This document shows positions 52,883 to 61,548 of a DNA stretch of 64,000 nucleotides, one piece after another. The stretch lies in IMG/VR virus record IMGVR_UViG_3300037307_000721; one strand, 5' to 3'. The translations under genes were made by a program, and so were the position numbers. The notes under the pieces are model-generated. The model did not search any database, had not been told where the DNA came from, and saw only the letters and a list, made by a program, of their open reading frames with translations. This DNA is from a virus. Within the stretch, counting starts at the first letter, position 1. Every line of letters begins with the position of its first letter.

Positions 52883-52954
52883 TAGCGGGAGGAGGGGTTG
52901 AACCTCATCCTCCGGGTTATGAGCCCAGTGTGCGGCCACTACACCACTCCCGCA
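52883..52954 (-). tRNA. tRNA-fMet(CAT)
   Basis: GGG/CCC anticodon stem; 1:72 mismatch. Confidence 0.82.
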
Positions 52955-52955
52955 G

Positions 52956-53030
52956 CGCCTCCGATGGGATTTGAACCCACGTTCTCCTGCGTGACAGGCA
53001 GGCGACCGTTCCAGACCGGTCCGCGGAGGC
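52956..53030 (-). tRNA. tRNA-Asp(GTC)
   Basis: Cloverleaf, G73. Confidence 0.9.
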
Positions 53031-53179
53031 AGTCGTTCTTCGGATCGAGCTCGCGCACGCGCTCTCGCACGGCGTCGCGCATCTTGTTGCTGCCAGCGCC
53101 CGTGAAGCCCAGCGCCAGCGCCACCATCACCTCTTCTAGTTGTCTGCGTTCTTCTTCCATGATCAATCTCGAATCTGAG

Positions 53180-53270
53180 CGGAAGGTGGGAGAGTCGAAC
53201 TCCCAGCGTCCCTTGTCAAGAGGCGCGTCCGCTTTCGAGGCGGGTGGGCCTTCCAATGCCCAAACCTTCC
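53180..53270 (-). tRNA. tRNA-Ser(CGA)
   Basis: Long variable arm. Confidence 0.87.
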
Positions 53271-53275
53271 AGTAG

Positions 53276-53358
53276 CGGAGAGAGAGGGATTCGAACCCCC
53301 GGGGCTTGCACCCTCCGGTTTTCAAGACCGGCGCCTTCAGCCGCTCGGCCATCTCTCC
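53276..53358 (-). tRNA. tRNA-Ser(TGA)
   Basis: Long variable arm. Confidence 0.93.
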
Positions 53359-53359
53359 C

Positions 53360-53435
<76 letters not shown>

Positions 53436-53566
53436 GAGATGCACCGCGCGTCCGTCAAGGGGTGCGACCCCAGAGGTGCGTAACCTCGGCGCGCCGATAG
53501 TTCGTCATCGGGTTCGGGCTGCAGGCCCTTCTCCAACGAACCTGCGTCACGAGACGCGCAGTGCAG

Positions 53567-53639
53567 TGGAACCAGCGAGGGTCGAACTCGCAACCTCCTG
53601 CGTGCAAGGCAGGCGCTCTCCCAGTTGAGCTATGGCCCC
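53567..53639 (-). tRNA. tRNA-Ala(TGC)
   Basis: G3:U70. Confidence 0.93.
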
Positions 53640-53742
53640 GAAGGCGGGTGCTTGCGCACCCGCCAGCCAGTTTGCTGCCGCGAGGACAGGACCAGGTCAA
53701 CTGAACCTCGTAGCAGCTCAACAGAGGTTGGCCAGACCTCGG

Positions 53743-53815
53743 TGGACGCGGCGGGAGTCGAACCCGCGACCTCATCCGTGCGAGGGATGCGCTCTCCCAA
53801 CTGAGCCACGCGCCC
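53743..53815 (-). tRNA. tRNA-Ala(CGC)
   Basis: G3:U70. Confidence 0.93.
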
Positions 53816-53818
53816 GAA

Positions 53819-53893
53819 GGGTGAGCGATGGGGATCGAACCCACCTATACCAGGGCCACAACCTGGCGCCCTCACCAGAAGGCGACGCTCACC
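53819..53893 (-). tRNA. tRNA-His(GTG)
   Basis: G-1:C73 extra pair. Confidence 0.88.
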
Positions 53894-53894
53894 A

Positions 53895-54182
53895 TCACTC
53901 TGTCATCATGAAGACCGGCGTGTTCTCGCCCATCCAGGCCCCGACGACGTTGAACTCCATGTACTCGACGGCCATCTCCGCGCGCTCGTCGAGGTCGAGA
54001 CCGACTTCGTCTCCGTCCAGCTGGCCCGCGATGATCTCCACGCACTTCTTGTAGTCGTAGAGCGCCAAGTGCCGGTTGAACTGCCTGGCGATACCGACCA
54101 GGGCGTCATCGAAACCATCCGCAAAGAGCGCCCCCGGGTTGAGCTCGGCGAGTTGCTCTCGGACTTCTTGCGCCCGGCTCAC
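53895..54182 (-). CDS. conserved phage hypothetical protein
   Basis: ADGFDDALVG...YD...A.EY.EFN..GAW.GE.TP.F. Confidence 0.7.
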   Translation of the reverse strand: MSRAQEVREQLAELNPGALFADGFDDALVGIARQFNRHLALYDYKKCVEIIAGQLDGDEVGLDLDERAEMAVEYMEFNVVGAWMGENTPVFMMTE

Positions 54183-54364
54183 CGTCGGAACCACTTTCTG
54201 ACTGCGGCGATGAGCTCGGCGACCGCCTTCTTGAGCCGCTGGGCCTGCGCGTGCAGAATCGCCTGCTCCTGGGCTATGGCCTCTTCCTTCGAATCGTGCG
54301 TGCCGAGGACGCGCTTGCCGTCCCGCGTGTAGAGCACCCACTTGCCATCTTCGTGTCGGATCAT
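54179..54364 (-). CDS. small phage protein
   Basis: MIRHEDGKWVLY...GKRVLGTH.SKEEA.AQ..AI. Confidence 0.65.
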   Translation of the reverse strand: MIRHEDGKWVLYTRDGKRVLGTHDSKEEAIAQEQAILHAQAQRLKKAVAELIAAVRKWFRR

Positions 54365-54406
54365 GTCTCAGCCACCTCGCTGCCCGATCCTATCAGATGG
54401 CTGTCT

Positions 54407-54481
54407 TGGTCCACCAGGTGAGATTCGAACTCACGACCTGTCGGTTATCAGCCGACCGCTCTGCCTCTGAGCCTCTGGTGG
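54407..54481 (-). tRNA. tRNA-Ile(GAT)
   Basis: Cloverleaf; CCA. Confidence 0.9.
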
Positions 54482-54482
54482 A

Positions 54483-54559
54483 TGGTCGAGGTGGAGGGAT
54501 TCGAACCCCCGATCTCCTGCTCCCAAAGCAGGCGCCCTACCAGACTGGGCTACACCTCG
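54483..54559 (-). tRNA. tRNA-Pro(TGG)
   Basis: Cloverleaf; CCA. Confidence 0.93.
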
Positions 54560-54560
54560 A

Positions 54561-54632
54561 TTCGCGCGGAAGGAATCGAACCTTCGTTCTCCGGGTCAAA
54601 GCCGGGTGCCCTGGCCGTTGGACGACGCGCGA
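54561..54632 (-). tRNA. tRNA-Gln(TTG)
   Basis: U1:A72; cloverleaf. Confidence 0.88.
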
Positions 54633-54653
54633 ATGACGCGAGTGAATCGTCTG

Positions 54654-55265
54654 CTACGTCTCGGGCTCCAGGTCCGTCTTGCGCAGGCCACAACGGACGC
54701 ACGAGCCTTCGACCCAGGTGTGCCGGCATTCCGCCTGCTGCTCGGCGAGTCGCCGCGCCGCCCGATCGGAGCAATTCGGCTTCGAGCCCTCGATGAGCGT
54801 GTCGAGCCGGAGCTTCGCGCGCGCTTGCCCATCGACGGCCGCTTCGACGGCCGCGCGCGGGTCGGGTGCGATGTCCTCGATGACCGAGGCGGCGTCCTGC
54901 ACCGCGGCGACGATTTCCTCGGCGTGCTCCTTGAGCGCGTCGAGCAGCATCGGGAACTGCTTCATGGCCAGCGCCCGAATGCGCAGCGGGCAGACCTGCA
55001 AGCGCCTGACCGGCGCGTTCTCGGGTGCGGTGTTCGCATCGGGCACGTCGCGCACGAGCAGACACCAGCGGTCCTGGCCGGGCGGCTTGGCCCACCCCAG
55101 CTCGCAAACGCCGCCGTCGACCTTGAACGAGACCCAGGCCGCGAGTCCCATTCGAAGGGCGGCGAGTCGGCCCTCGACGATCTTGATGAAATCGTTGTTG
55201 CGCTCGATCTGCTCGACGAGTCCACTCGTGAGCGTCGCGAGCTCGGTAAGTCTGGCACCGATCAT
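54654..55265 (-). CDS. coiled-coil hypothetical protein with C-terminal Zn motif
   Basis: ATG55265 with GGAGG RBS; CRH...CVRCG. Confidence 0.6.
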   Translation of the reverse strand: MIGARLTELATLTSGLVEQIERNNDFIKIVEGRLAALRMGLAAWVSFKVDGGVCELGWAKPPGQDRWCLLVRDVPDANTAPENAPVRRLQVCPLRIRALAMKQFPMLLDALKEHAEEIVAAVQDAASVIEDIAPDPRAAVEAAVDGQARAKLRLDTLIEGSKPNCSDRAARRLAEQQAECRHTWVEGSCVRCGLRKTDLEPET

Positions 55266-55307
55266 TGGATTCCTCCATCTGTCTAGGGTTGGATCTGCCA
55301 GGGCTAG

Positions 55308-55380
55308 TGGAGAGAGGCGGAATCGAACCGCCATGTCCGGATTTTCAGTCCGGCGCCTTGACCACGTAGGCTATCTCTCC
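55308..55380 (-). tRNA. tRNA-Phe(GAA)
   Basis: Cloverleaf. Confidence 0.9.
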
Positions 55381-55396
55381 AAGGTGGTGAAGTCGG

Positions 55397-55468
55397 TGGA
55401 CGTGGCGGGAATCGAACCCGCTCCTCCCGGTTATGAGCCGGTGGCTCGGGCCTTCGAGCTACACGTCC
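55397..55468 (-). tRNA. tRNA-CAT (Ile2 or Met)
   Basis: Cloverleaf. Confidence 0.85.
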
Positions 55469-55618
55469 ATCGTCACCACGTTGTGAGGGACCGTCATCGC
55501 CCTCGCGGGCTCTTGTCTCTCACGTGGCCACGACCACACTATTCAGTTGCCAAAGTCAAGCGCAGCGCCGCGGAACGGCCGCAGCTCCCGCCCGAGACAT
55601 CATGCTCGGACGCTGCCT

Positions 55619-55696
55619 TGGTTCGGGTGGGAGGGGTCGAACCTCCAACAGACGCAGGGTCAGAGCCTGCCGCTCTGCCAGTTGAGCTACACCCGA
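55619..55696 (-). tRNA. tRNA-Gln(CTG)
   Basis: U1:A72; CCA. Confidence 0.9.
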
Positions 55697-55729
55697 ATGA
55701 CCTCTACTTCTTCACCTTCAGCTCCTCAG

Positions 55730-55807
55730 TGCGCCCGGAAGGATTCGAACCTTCAACCACCCGGGTCTCTTCAGTGAGGCCACAGAGATTCGAACTCTGT
55801 GCCTCGC
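55730..55807 (-). pseudogene. orphan tRNA 3' half (55730-55765) and minihelix (55774-55807)
   Basis: GAAGG-TTCGAAT-CCTTC-CGGGCGC-A; GCGAGGC-ACAGAG-TTCGAAT-CTCTGT-G-GCCTCAC. Confidence 0.6.
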
Positions 55808-55809
55808 AG

Positions 55810-55884
55810 TGGGTGTGAGAGGAATTGAACCTCCAACCTGCCGGTTAAGAGCCGGCTGCTGCTACCTAGTTGAGCTACACACCC
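55810..55884 (-). tRNA. tRNA-Lys(CTT)
   Basis: Cloverleaf; 5' strand overlaps HNH stop. Confidence 0.85.
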
Positions 55885-56284
55885 GTCGTTTTTCAGTCCG
55901 TAGCCTATGACAGACAGCACAGACTACTTCGCACTTCTTGATCTCCTCCAAGATCCTCTCAAGTGGCGCTCCTCCCGCTATCGCCGTGGCTATCTCGAAC
56001 TTCTTCTCTCCCCGTACATGATCGAAATCCATGGCCACCGGAGGAAAGCTACGTCCACAGTCGGCACATGATCCTTTCTTGTACTCGTCCGTCACCTCTC
56101 GAATCTTCGCAATCCGCTGTAGCTTGTTCTCCCGCACCTTCTGGTAATGCCCGTCTCGATCCGCCTCGTAGTACCCCTTGAAGCGCTCATGCTGGCACAT
56201 CCTACAGAACGCTTGGAGCCTTTTGCCCTTCTTGTTGAACGCGCTGTCCTTCTTTCTTCGATGGCACATTGAGTATGTCTTCAT
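55862..56284 (-). mobile_element. HNH homing endonuclease
   Basis: CADCG...MDFDHV...KKF.I...E..KCEVVCA.CHR.RT; lower GC. Confidence 0.88.
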
Positions 56285-56314
56285 GCCATCAGTTTATCTT
56301 AATCCAAGCCGAAA

Positions 56315-56352
56315 GTTAAGAGCCCGGTGCATCTCCGGCTATGCTTTGGCCC
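56315..56352 (-). pseudogene. orphan 5' half of tRNA-Lys(CTT)
   Basis: GGGCCAA-AG-CAT-AGCCGGAG-ATG-C-A-CCGGG-CTCTTAA. Confidence 0.6.
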
Positions 56353-56753
56353 CGTTTCCTCTCAAGGTATTCTCGTTGCTGCTTGCTCTTCGCTTTCCGG
56401 CATAGGTCGCATCGACAACCGTATCTGTAGTTTCCTGCCGTTCCGTGAACCCCTTTCGACTTCTTGAACCCTCGTTCCTTGAGTGACTTCTCGTTGTGGC
56501 AGTCGAAGCAGAGCAACTGGCACTTTTCAACCTCGGCCCAAAATCGCCTCTCTGACCAAGCCCACATCTTTGCAATCCTGTGCAGCTTGATCTTCCGATC
56601 ACGGTGGTCAAACTCTAGCTTCTTCCGTGATCCACACCTTGCGCACTTGCCTCCCAGATGCTTCTTAGCCTCCATCCTCCTTCGTCTGATCCGGGTCCGC
56701 ATGTAGACCCGCATGTGCTCGTTGTACTCTTCCCTAGTCATCTTCCGTGGCAT
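56316..56753 (-). mobile_element. HNH homing endonuclease
   Basis: LGGKCARCG...LEFDH...KCQLLC.DCH..K; HGT..Y..GCRC..C. Confidence 0.88.
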
Positions 56754-56799
56754 GGCAGCTCCAGGTTAAAGCTGCACTACTCTACCACGAAACTTGGGG

Positions 56800-56871
56800 T
56801 GCCTCCAGAGGGATTTGAACCCCCAACTCGACGGGTAAAAGCCGTGTGCGATCCCATTTCGCCATGGAGGC
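56800..56871 (-). tRNA. tRNA-Lys(TTT)
   Basis: Cloverleaf. Confidence 0.87.
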
Positions 56872-56966
56872 TCATGCCTCCCTTGCTCGAGCCGCTGAGC
56901 GACGGAGGCGTAGCAATAGCTCTCGCGCTGTCCTGCCTGTTTGAGCTTGTCCACGCTGCACCTCCG

Positions 56967-57053
56967 TGGGCGGTGAAGGAGTTGAACCTCTCGCCCGTTG
57001 GGACCCGGTTTACAGCCGGGCGCTGGCACCGGCCAGCCTTATGCACACCGCCC
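56967..57053 (-). tRNA. tRNA-Tyr(GTA), atypical D arm
   Basis: CT-GTA-AA; variable arm; D region GCTGGC-CGGT-GCCAGC. Confidence 0.8.
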
Positions 57054-57060
57054 AGAAACG

Positions 57061-57095
57061 CCGAAAGCCGCCAGGTTTCCCGTGGCGGCTTTCGG
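57061..57095. terminator. 13-bp perfect hairpin (terminator or processing site)
   Basis: CCGAAAGCCGCCA-N9-TGGCGGCTTTCGG. Confidence 0.55.
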
Positions 57096-57426
57096 TTCGT
57101 CCAGTGCTACAAGAACCTATCAGCCGCCCGGGCCTCCCACTGGGATGGCCTGCTCGGGGTTCGTGGTACCGTAAAGCTTCTCCCCGAACAGGCCGGTCGC
57201 CGGCAGGACGCACGAATCCCAGCGGAAGGAGCGATGCAACCGCATCGCTTTCGGCTGGGATGACATGCGACTGAGGGACCTTGTCTGCACTTGTTGATTC
57301 TCCTCTCTCACAGGTAGCGGAAGTCGCATCGTCTGTCAAGACGGAAAAATGAGAGGTGCGAAAAATTGTTGAGCAGCGGTCGCAAGGCCTGTCCTCTTAT
57401 ATGCGTTTTACTCGAGCAATTTTCAC

Positions 57427-57456
57427 TTGACTAGGGACTGGACTCCGGCCTAGGCT
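57427..57456 (+). promoter_or_regulatory. sigma70-like promoter
   Basis: TTGACT-18-TAGGCT. Confidence 0.55.
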
Positions 57457-57480
57457 CACGGGTCGACTGCGGGAGCACCC

Positions 57481-58086
57481 ATGCCACGACCCAGACTGTG
57501 CCTGCGCTGCGAGCTGTCCTTCGTCGGTGACGAGCCGATCTGCCCAAGCTGTGCACGGCAGGAGTACCGCGACGGCACGCCCTGGCCCTTCGGCCGATTC
57601 GACAAGGAACAGGCCCGCGAGGCGCACGACGACGTGCTTCGCCACGAGGAAGACGCGCTCATGGCAGAGGTGCAGGTGGCCGGTCCGCAGGAAGTGCGCC
57701 TTCGCCGCTTCGCGGCCGCGCTCGAGACCGCGGTGGGCTCTGAGGTTCTCGATCCCGAATGCCGCGTCCGGACGGAGGACCTTCTCGACGTCCTCGGACG
57801 CTCCGTGCGCTTCCAGGTCCGCGGCTTCATCTGGGCCGAGGACGACTGCGTGCGTCGGTTCGAGTTCAAGGTCCCAGCGACCTGGTGGCAGCACTTCAAG
57901 GAGCGCTTCTTCCGGGGCTGGATGCGCAGGCGCTGGCCAGTGCGCTACCAGGTGCACAGCGTCGACGTCGAGGCGATCTACCCCGAGTTCAAGCAGCAGA
58001 TGCCCCGGCGCGAGGCCGGCCTCGCCGTCCTCATGCTGAGCCATCCGCAGACCTCGTTCTGGACGGAAGGCGGGAGTAGGAACTGA
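57481..58086 (+). CDS. hypothetical protein with N-terminal Zn ribbon
   Basis: CLRC...CPSC..YRDGTPW. Confidence 0.6.
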   Translation: MPRPRLCLRCELSFVGDEPICPSCARQEYRDGTPWPFGRFDKEQAREAHDDVLRHEEDALMAEVQVAGPQEVRLRRFAAALETAVGSEVLDPECRVRTEDLLDVLGRSVRFQVRGFIWAEDDCVRRFEFKVPATWWQHFKERFFRGWMRRRWPVRYQVHSVDVEAIYPEFKQQMPRREAGLAVLMLSHPQTSFWTEGGSRN

Positions 58087-58091
58087 TCTTC

Positions 58092-58121
58092 TTGACAAAG
58101 CAGCCCACTCGCACGTACCCT
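58092..58121 (+). promoter_or_regulatory. sigma70-like promoter
   Basis: TTGACA-18-TACCCT. Confidence 0.55.
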
Positions 58122-58183
58122 GGATGGCGGGTGGGTGGGCGAAGCAGATGCTATGCTATGCTGTGCTATCACGAGGTGACCTG

Positions 58184-58411
58184 ATGAGGACGCTGCTGAT
58201 TTCGATCTTCCTGCTGGGTGGTTGCGGCTCGCCGTGCCAGCAGGTCAAGGCCACACGTTGCAACGGCTCGGTCGTCGAGCTCTGCGGCTCGAACCAGAAG
58301 TGGCAGCGCGTGCTGGACTGCGCCGCAGCGAAGCCCATCAAGGACGGGGCGCCGGCGAAGATGACCTGCGGCGAGCTGAATGGCCGCTGCACCTGCATGC
58401 CGGCGAAGTAG
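58184..58411 (+). CDS. Cys-rich lipoprotein
   Basis: IFLLGG|C lipobox; 8 Cys. Confidence 0.7.
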   Translation: MRTLLISIFLLGGCGSPCQQVKATRCNGSVVELCGSNQKWQRVLDCAAAKPIKDGAPAKMTCGELNGRCTCMPAK

Positions 58412-58415
58412 ACCG

Positions 58416-58640
58416 ATGCCAATCCTCCAGGCCACGACCCGCTTGCGCGTCCTCGAGCGCTACTGGAAGGACCCGGCCGGCGACAAGAGCGGCGGCACCT
58501 TCGTCCCACGGCTCATCGACCGCACGATCCAGCAGTGCTGGGTCGACCAGTCGACCGGTGAGGAAGTCTGGCAACCGCTCGAGGTGCGCAAGGAGTTCGT
58601 CGAGAACCCGGGCGTCGAAGCGCCGCGGTACCAGGTATGA
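58416..58640 (+). CDS. hypothetical protein
   Basis: 74 aa, coupled. Confidence 0.5.
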   Translation: MPILQATTRLRVLERYWKDPAGDKSGGTFVPRLIDRTIQQCWVDQSTGEEVWQPLEVRKEFVENPGVEAPRYQV

Positions 58641-59323
58641 GAGAAGAAGACCAACATCCGGAGCTCCTCGAGGCCTATCTGACGGGTCGCTTCGGGAAGA
58701 AAGGAACGAAGACGATGGGCTTGACCCCGATGGACGTGCAGGCCTTCTGGAACCACATGCGGCACGAGTTCGGCTCGGCCTGGGAGGCGAAGAACGAGTC
58801 GAAGCTGATGCAGGTGGCGGGCTCGCTGCTCGAGGCGCTCGACATCCAGAGCAAGGAGACGTTCCTCAAGAACTTCGTCACGACGATCGGCAAGACGATC
58901 TACATCCCCTTCACCGTGGGCGTGGAACAGGGGGACGAGGGCCGCATCTGGCCGCTCTGGAACCAAGTCCGCGTCTGCGTGCACGAGCACGTCCACGTCG
59001 TGCAGGGCGACCGGGAGGGTTGGGCCACCTTCGACGCGCGCTACTTGAGCTCCTCGTCCTACCGCGCCGGCTACGAGGCCGAGGCCTACGGCTCGGAGGT
59101 CGAGATGGAGTTCTGGCGCACGGGCCAGATCATGGACTACGTCTCGCGGCTGCAGACGCTCAAGACCGGCTACGGCTGCTCGGACGACGACGTCGCGCAG
59201 GCGGTGGCGATGGTCGAGATCCGTGCGGGCGTCGTGGCCCAGGGCGTGGTGGAGTCGCGACCGGCGCAGGTCGCCATCGAGTGGCTCGAGAAGAACGTGA
59301 AGGGCCTGCGCATCGCGGGCTGA
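58637..59323 (+). CDS. zincin-like HExxH metallopeptidase
   Basis: CVHEHVHVVQ...YEAEAY. Confidence 0.7.
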   Translation: MREEDQHPELLEAYLTGRFGKKGTKTMGLTPMDVQAFWNHMRHEFGSAWEAKNESKLMQVAGSLLEALDIQSKETFLKNFVTTIGKTIYIPFTVGVEQGDEGRIWPLWNQVRVCVHEHVHVVQGDREGWATFDARYLSSSSYRAGYEAEAYGSEVEMEFWRTGQIMDYVSRLQTLKTGYGCSDDDVAQAVAMVEIRAGVVAQGVVESRPAQVAIEWLEKNVKGLRIAG

Positions 59324-59349
59324 AGCAAGCGACGACAAGGAGCTTTCCC

Positions 59350-61548
59350 ATGAAGATCGAAAAGTACGAGCTGTCGAACGCCGAGGGTCTGCAGGAGCTC
59401 AAGATACCCGCGCAGGCCCGGCCCCTGAAGGTCGGCCTCGAAGACACGACGCTCTACCTCTACGCGCTGACGCTCCTCGAGGACGAAGCGGTCAACAGTA
59501 TGGAGAAGAACACCAGTGTCGACCAGCTTGTCTTCCTGGCAACCGTGGGAGCCGAAGCGGTGAACGTGCCCATCACGGCCGGCAACCAGCAGAGCGTCTT
59601 CCTCGGTGAGGCGGGCGGCAAGTGGGCCTTCCACCTGGGTCCGAAGCCCAAGCCGCCAACGGTCTGAGCCATGCAGGTCAAGATACCGCCGATTGGCTCC
59701 GAGACCACGCCGCGGGAGCGCGGCGGCACCGACTGCTACCAGGACCGCTGCGAGAACATCCCCTTCGCCTCGGTGGGCGGCCTCGAGGCGAGGACCGCCA
59801 TGCGGCGTCCGAAGTGGATCACCGAGGAGGACGAGGCCGAGTACCTCGCCGGCTACCGAGAGATGGCGGAGTCGCTCTATGGCGCGGACTGGCAGACCTG
59901 CTCCTTCGGCTGGACGCCCGCGCTCGAGCTCCCCAACCGGGAGGCCGAGCAGCAAGTGCTCAACCTCATCGCGGGCGGATGTACACCAGAGGGCGCGGCT
60001 CGCCGCGCGGGTCTGATGCTCGGCACGGTAGAGACCATCATCGCCCACGACCTCGAGCGGAGGCGAGCTTGATGGTTCTCGCCTACCGCTACCGCTGGTT
60101 CTTCCGCTCCTGGTACGCGCTCATGTTCATCTGGAACGTGAGCGACTTCATCCGCCGGCGCACCTGGGACAACAAGTTCGCCGCGCTCTCCGTGGCCTTC
60201 GCCATCGTGGTCTGGCTGCTGCTCGAGCTCCGCTACCTGCGGCGCGCGTGCGGCATCTTGTGCGTGACGGGGCGGCCGGGCTTCAGCATCTCGCGGGGCG
60301 CGCTCTTCACCGCGATCGGCGAGCCCCAGTACCGCTCGCTGCACAAGGCTTGGGCGAACAGCGAGGGCAAGGCCGAGGTGCTCATCGAGGAGGTGCACGA
60401 TGGCTGACCGACGAACCTTCAAGCAGACCGAGGACGGAGAGGTCGAGATCGTCTTCGAGGAGCTCCACGAGGGCGACGTCTTCCGGCTCGAGAACCCGGA
60501 CGGCGAGCGCATCGAAGGGCTCTGGCGCGCGGTCGAGGAACCCAAGCCGGTCACGAACGAGAGCGGGGTCAACACGTGGGGCGTGAGGGTCGAGCCCGCG
60601 TGAAGGTCTACCTCGAGTTCAAGCCCGAGGACCTGTGGATCGGCGTCTTCTGGCGCCGGCGGAGGCTGTGGGAGGAGCTCCAGGGCGGCGCGACGCTGGA
60701 CGTGTGGATCTGCCTCGTGCCCTGCTTCCCCATCCACATCGTGCTCTGAGGAGAAGCCATGACGACGATCGTGCAGAGACGGAAGCCCGTCGGCGACTCG
60801 CTGCGGCCCGAGCTGCAGGTGGCGATGCTCGCCGCGGCTGACCGGCTGATGAACGAGGGGCTCGAGCCCATCGCTGCCTTGCGAGAGCTCACGGACCTTC
60901 TCGGCGGCAACTTCGACTACCGGGGCCACATGCTGCACAACCACACAGCGGCCGAGGACGCCGTCTTCCAGCTGCTGATGTGCCTGCACGCCACGCTCGA
61001 ACCGCCGGCGAGGCCCAACTGATGCGCTACTTCCTCTCCCGGGACAACTCCTCGCACTGGTACCTCGTGCCGGCCGACAAGCGGGCCGAGTGGAACGCCT
61101 GGTGCGACCTCGACGAGGACGATGAACGCAGCTGGGACACGCCGGAGTGGGCGCGCCGACTGAGCGGTTCGCCCTCGCGCATCACCTTCACAGACCCGCA
61201 GGAGGAGTCATGAACGCCGTTCGCACCGTCGGGGACCTGCGCAAGGCGCTCAAGGGCCTGCCCCAGGACGAACCCGTCTCGGTCGTCCAGCTCGTCAACA
61301 TGCCCTCGGCCTCGTTCGGCTACCGACTGCTGGGCGAGCTCATCGCCGTCTCGGACTGGGAGAAGAAGCCGGCGCTCGTCTGCCGTCCACCGGAGGGGCT
61401 GGTGCTCTGCCCGGCCTGCGCCGGGGCCGGGGACATGCGCATTGCCACCTTCCGGGACAGCTGCGGCCTCTGTGGGGGTGACGGCCGCGTGACCGCGGAG
61501 AAGGCGGCCGGCTGGGTAGCCAACCGCCAGGGCCACGTGCAGCGATGA
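59350..61548 (+). CDS. run of small hypothetical ORFs (59350-59667, 59671-60072, 60072-60407 membrane, 60400-60603, 60600-60749, 60759-61022, 61022-61213, 61210-61548)
   Basis: Coupled stop/start overlaps; typical early-gene block. Confidence 0.6.
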
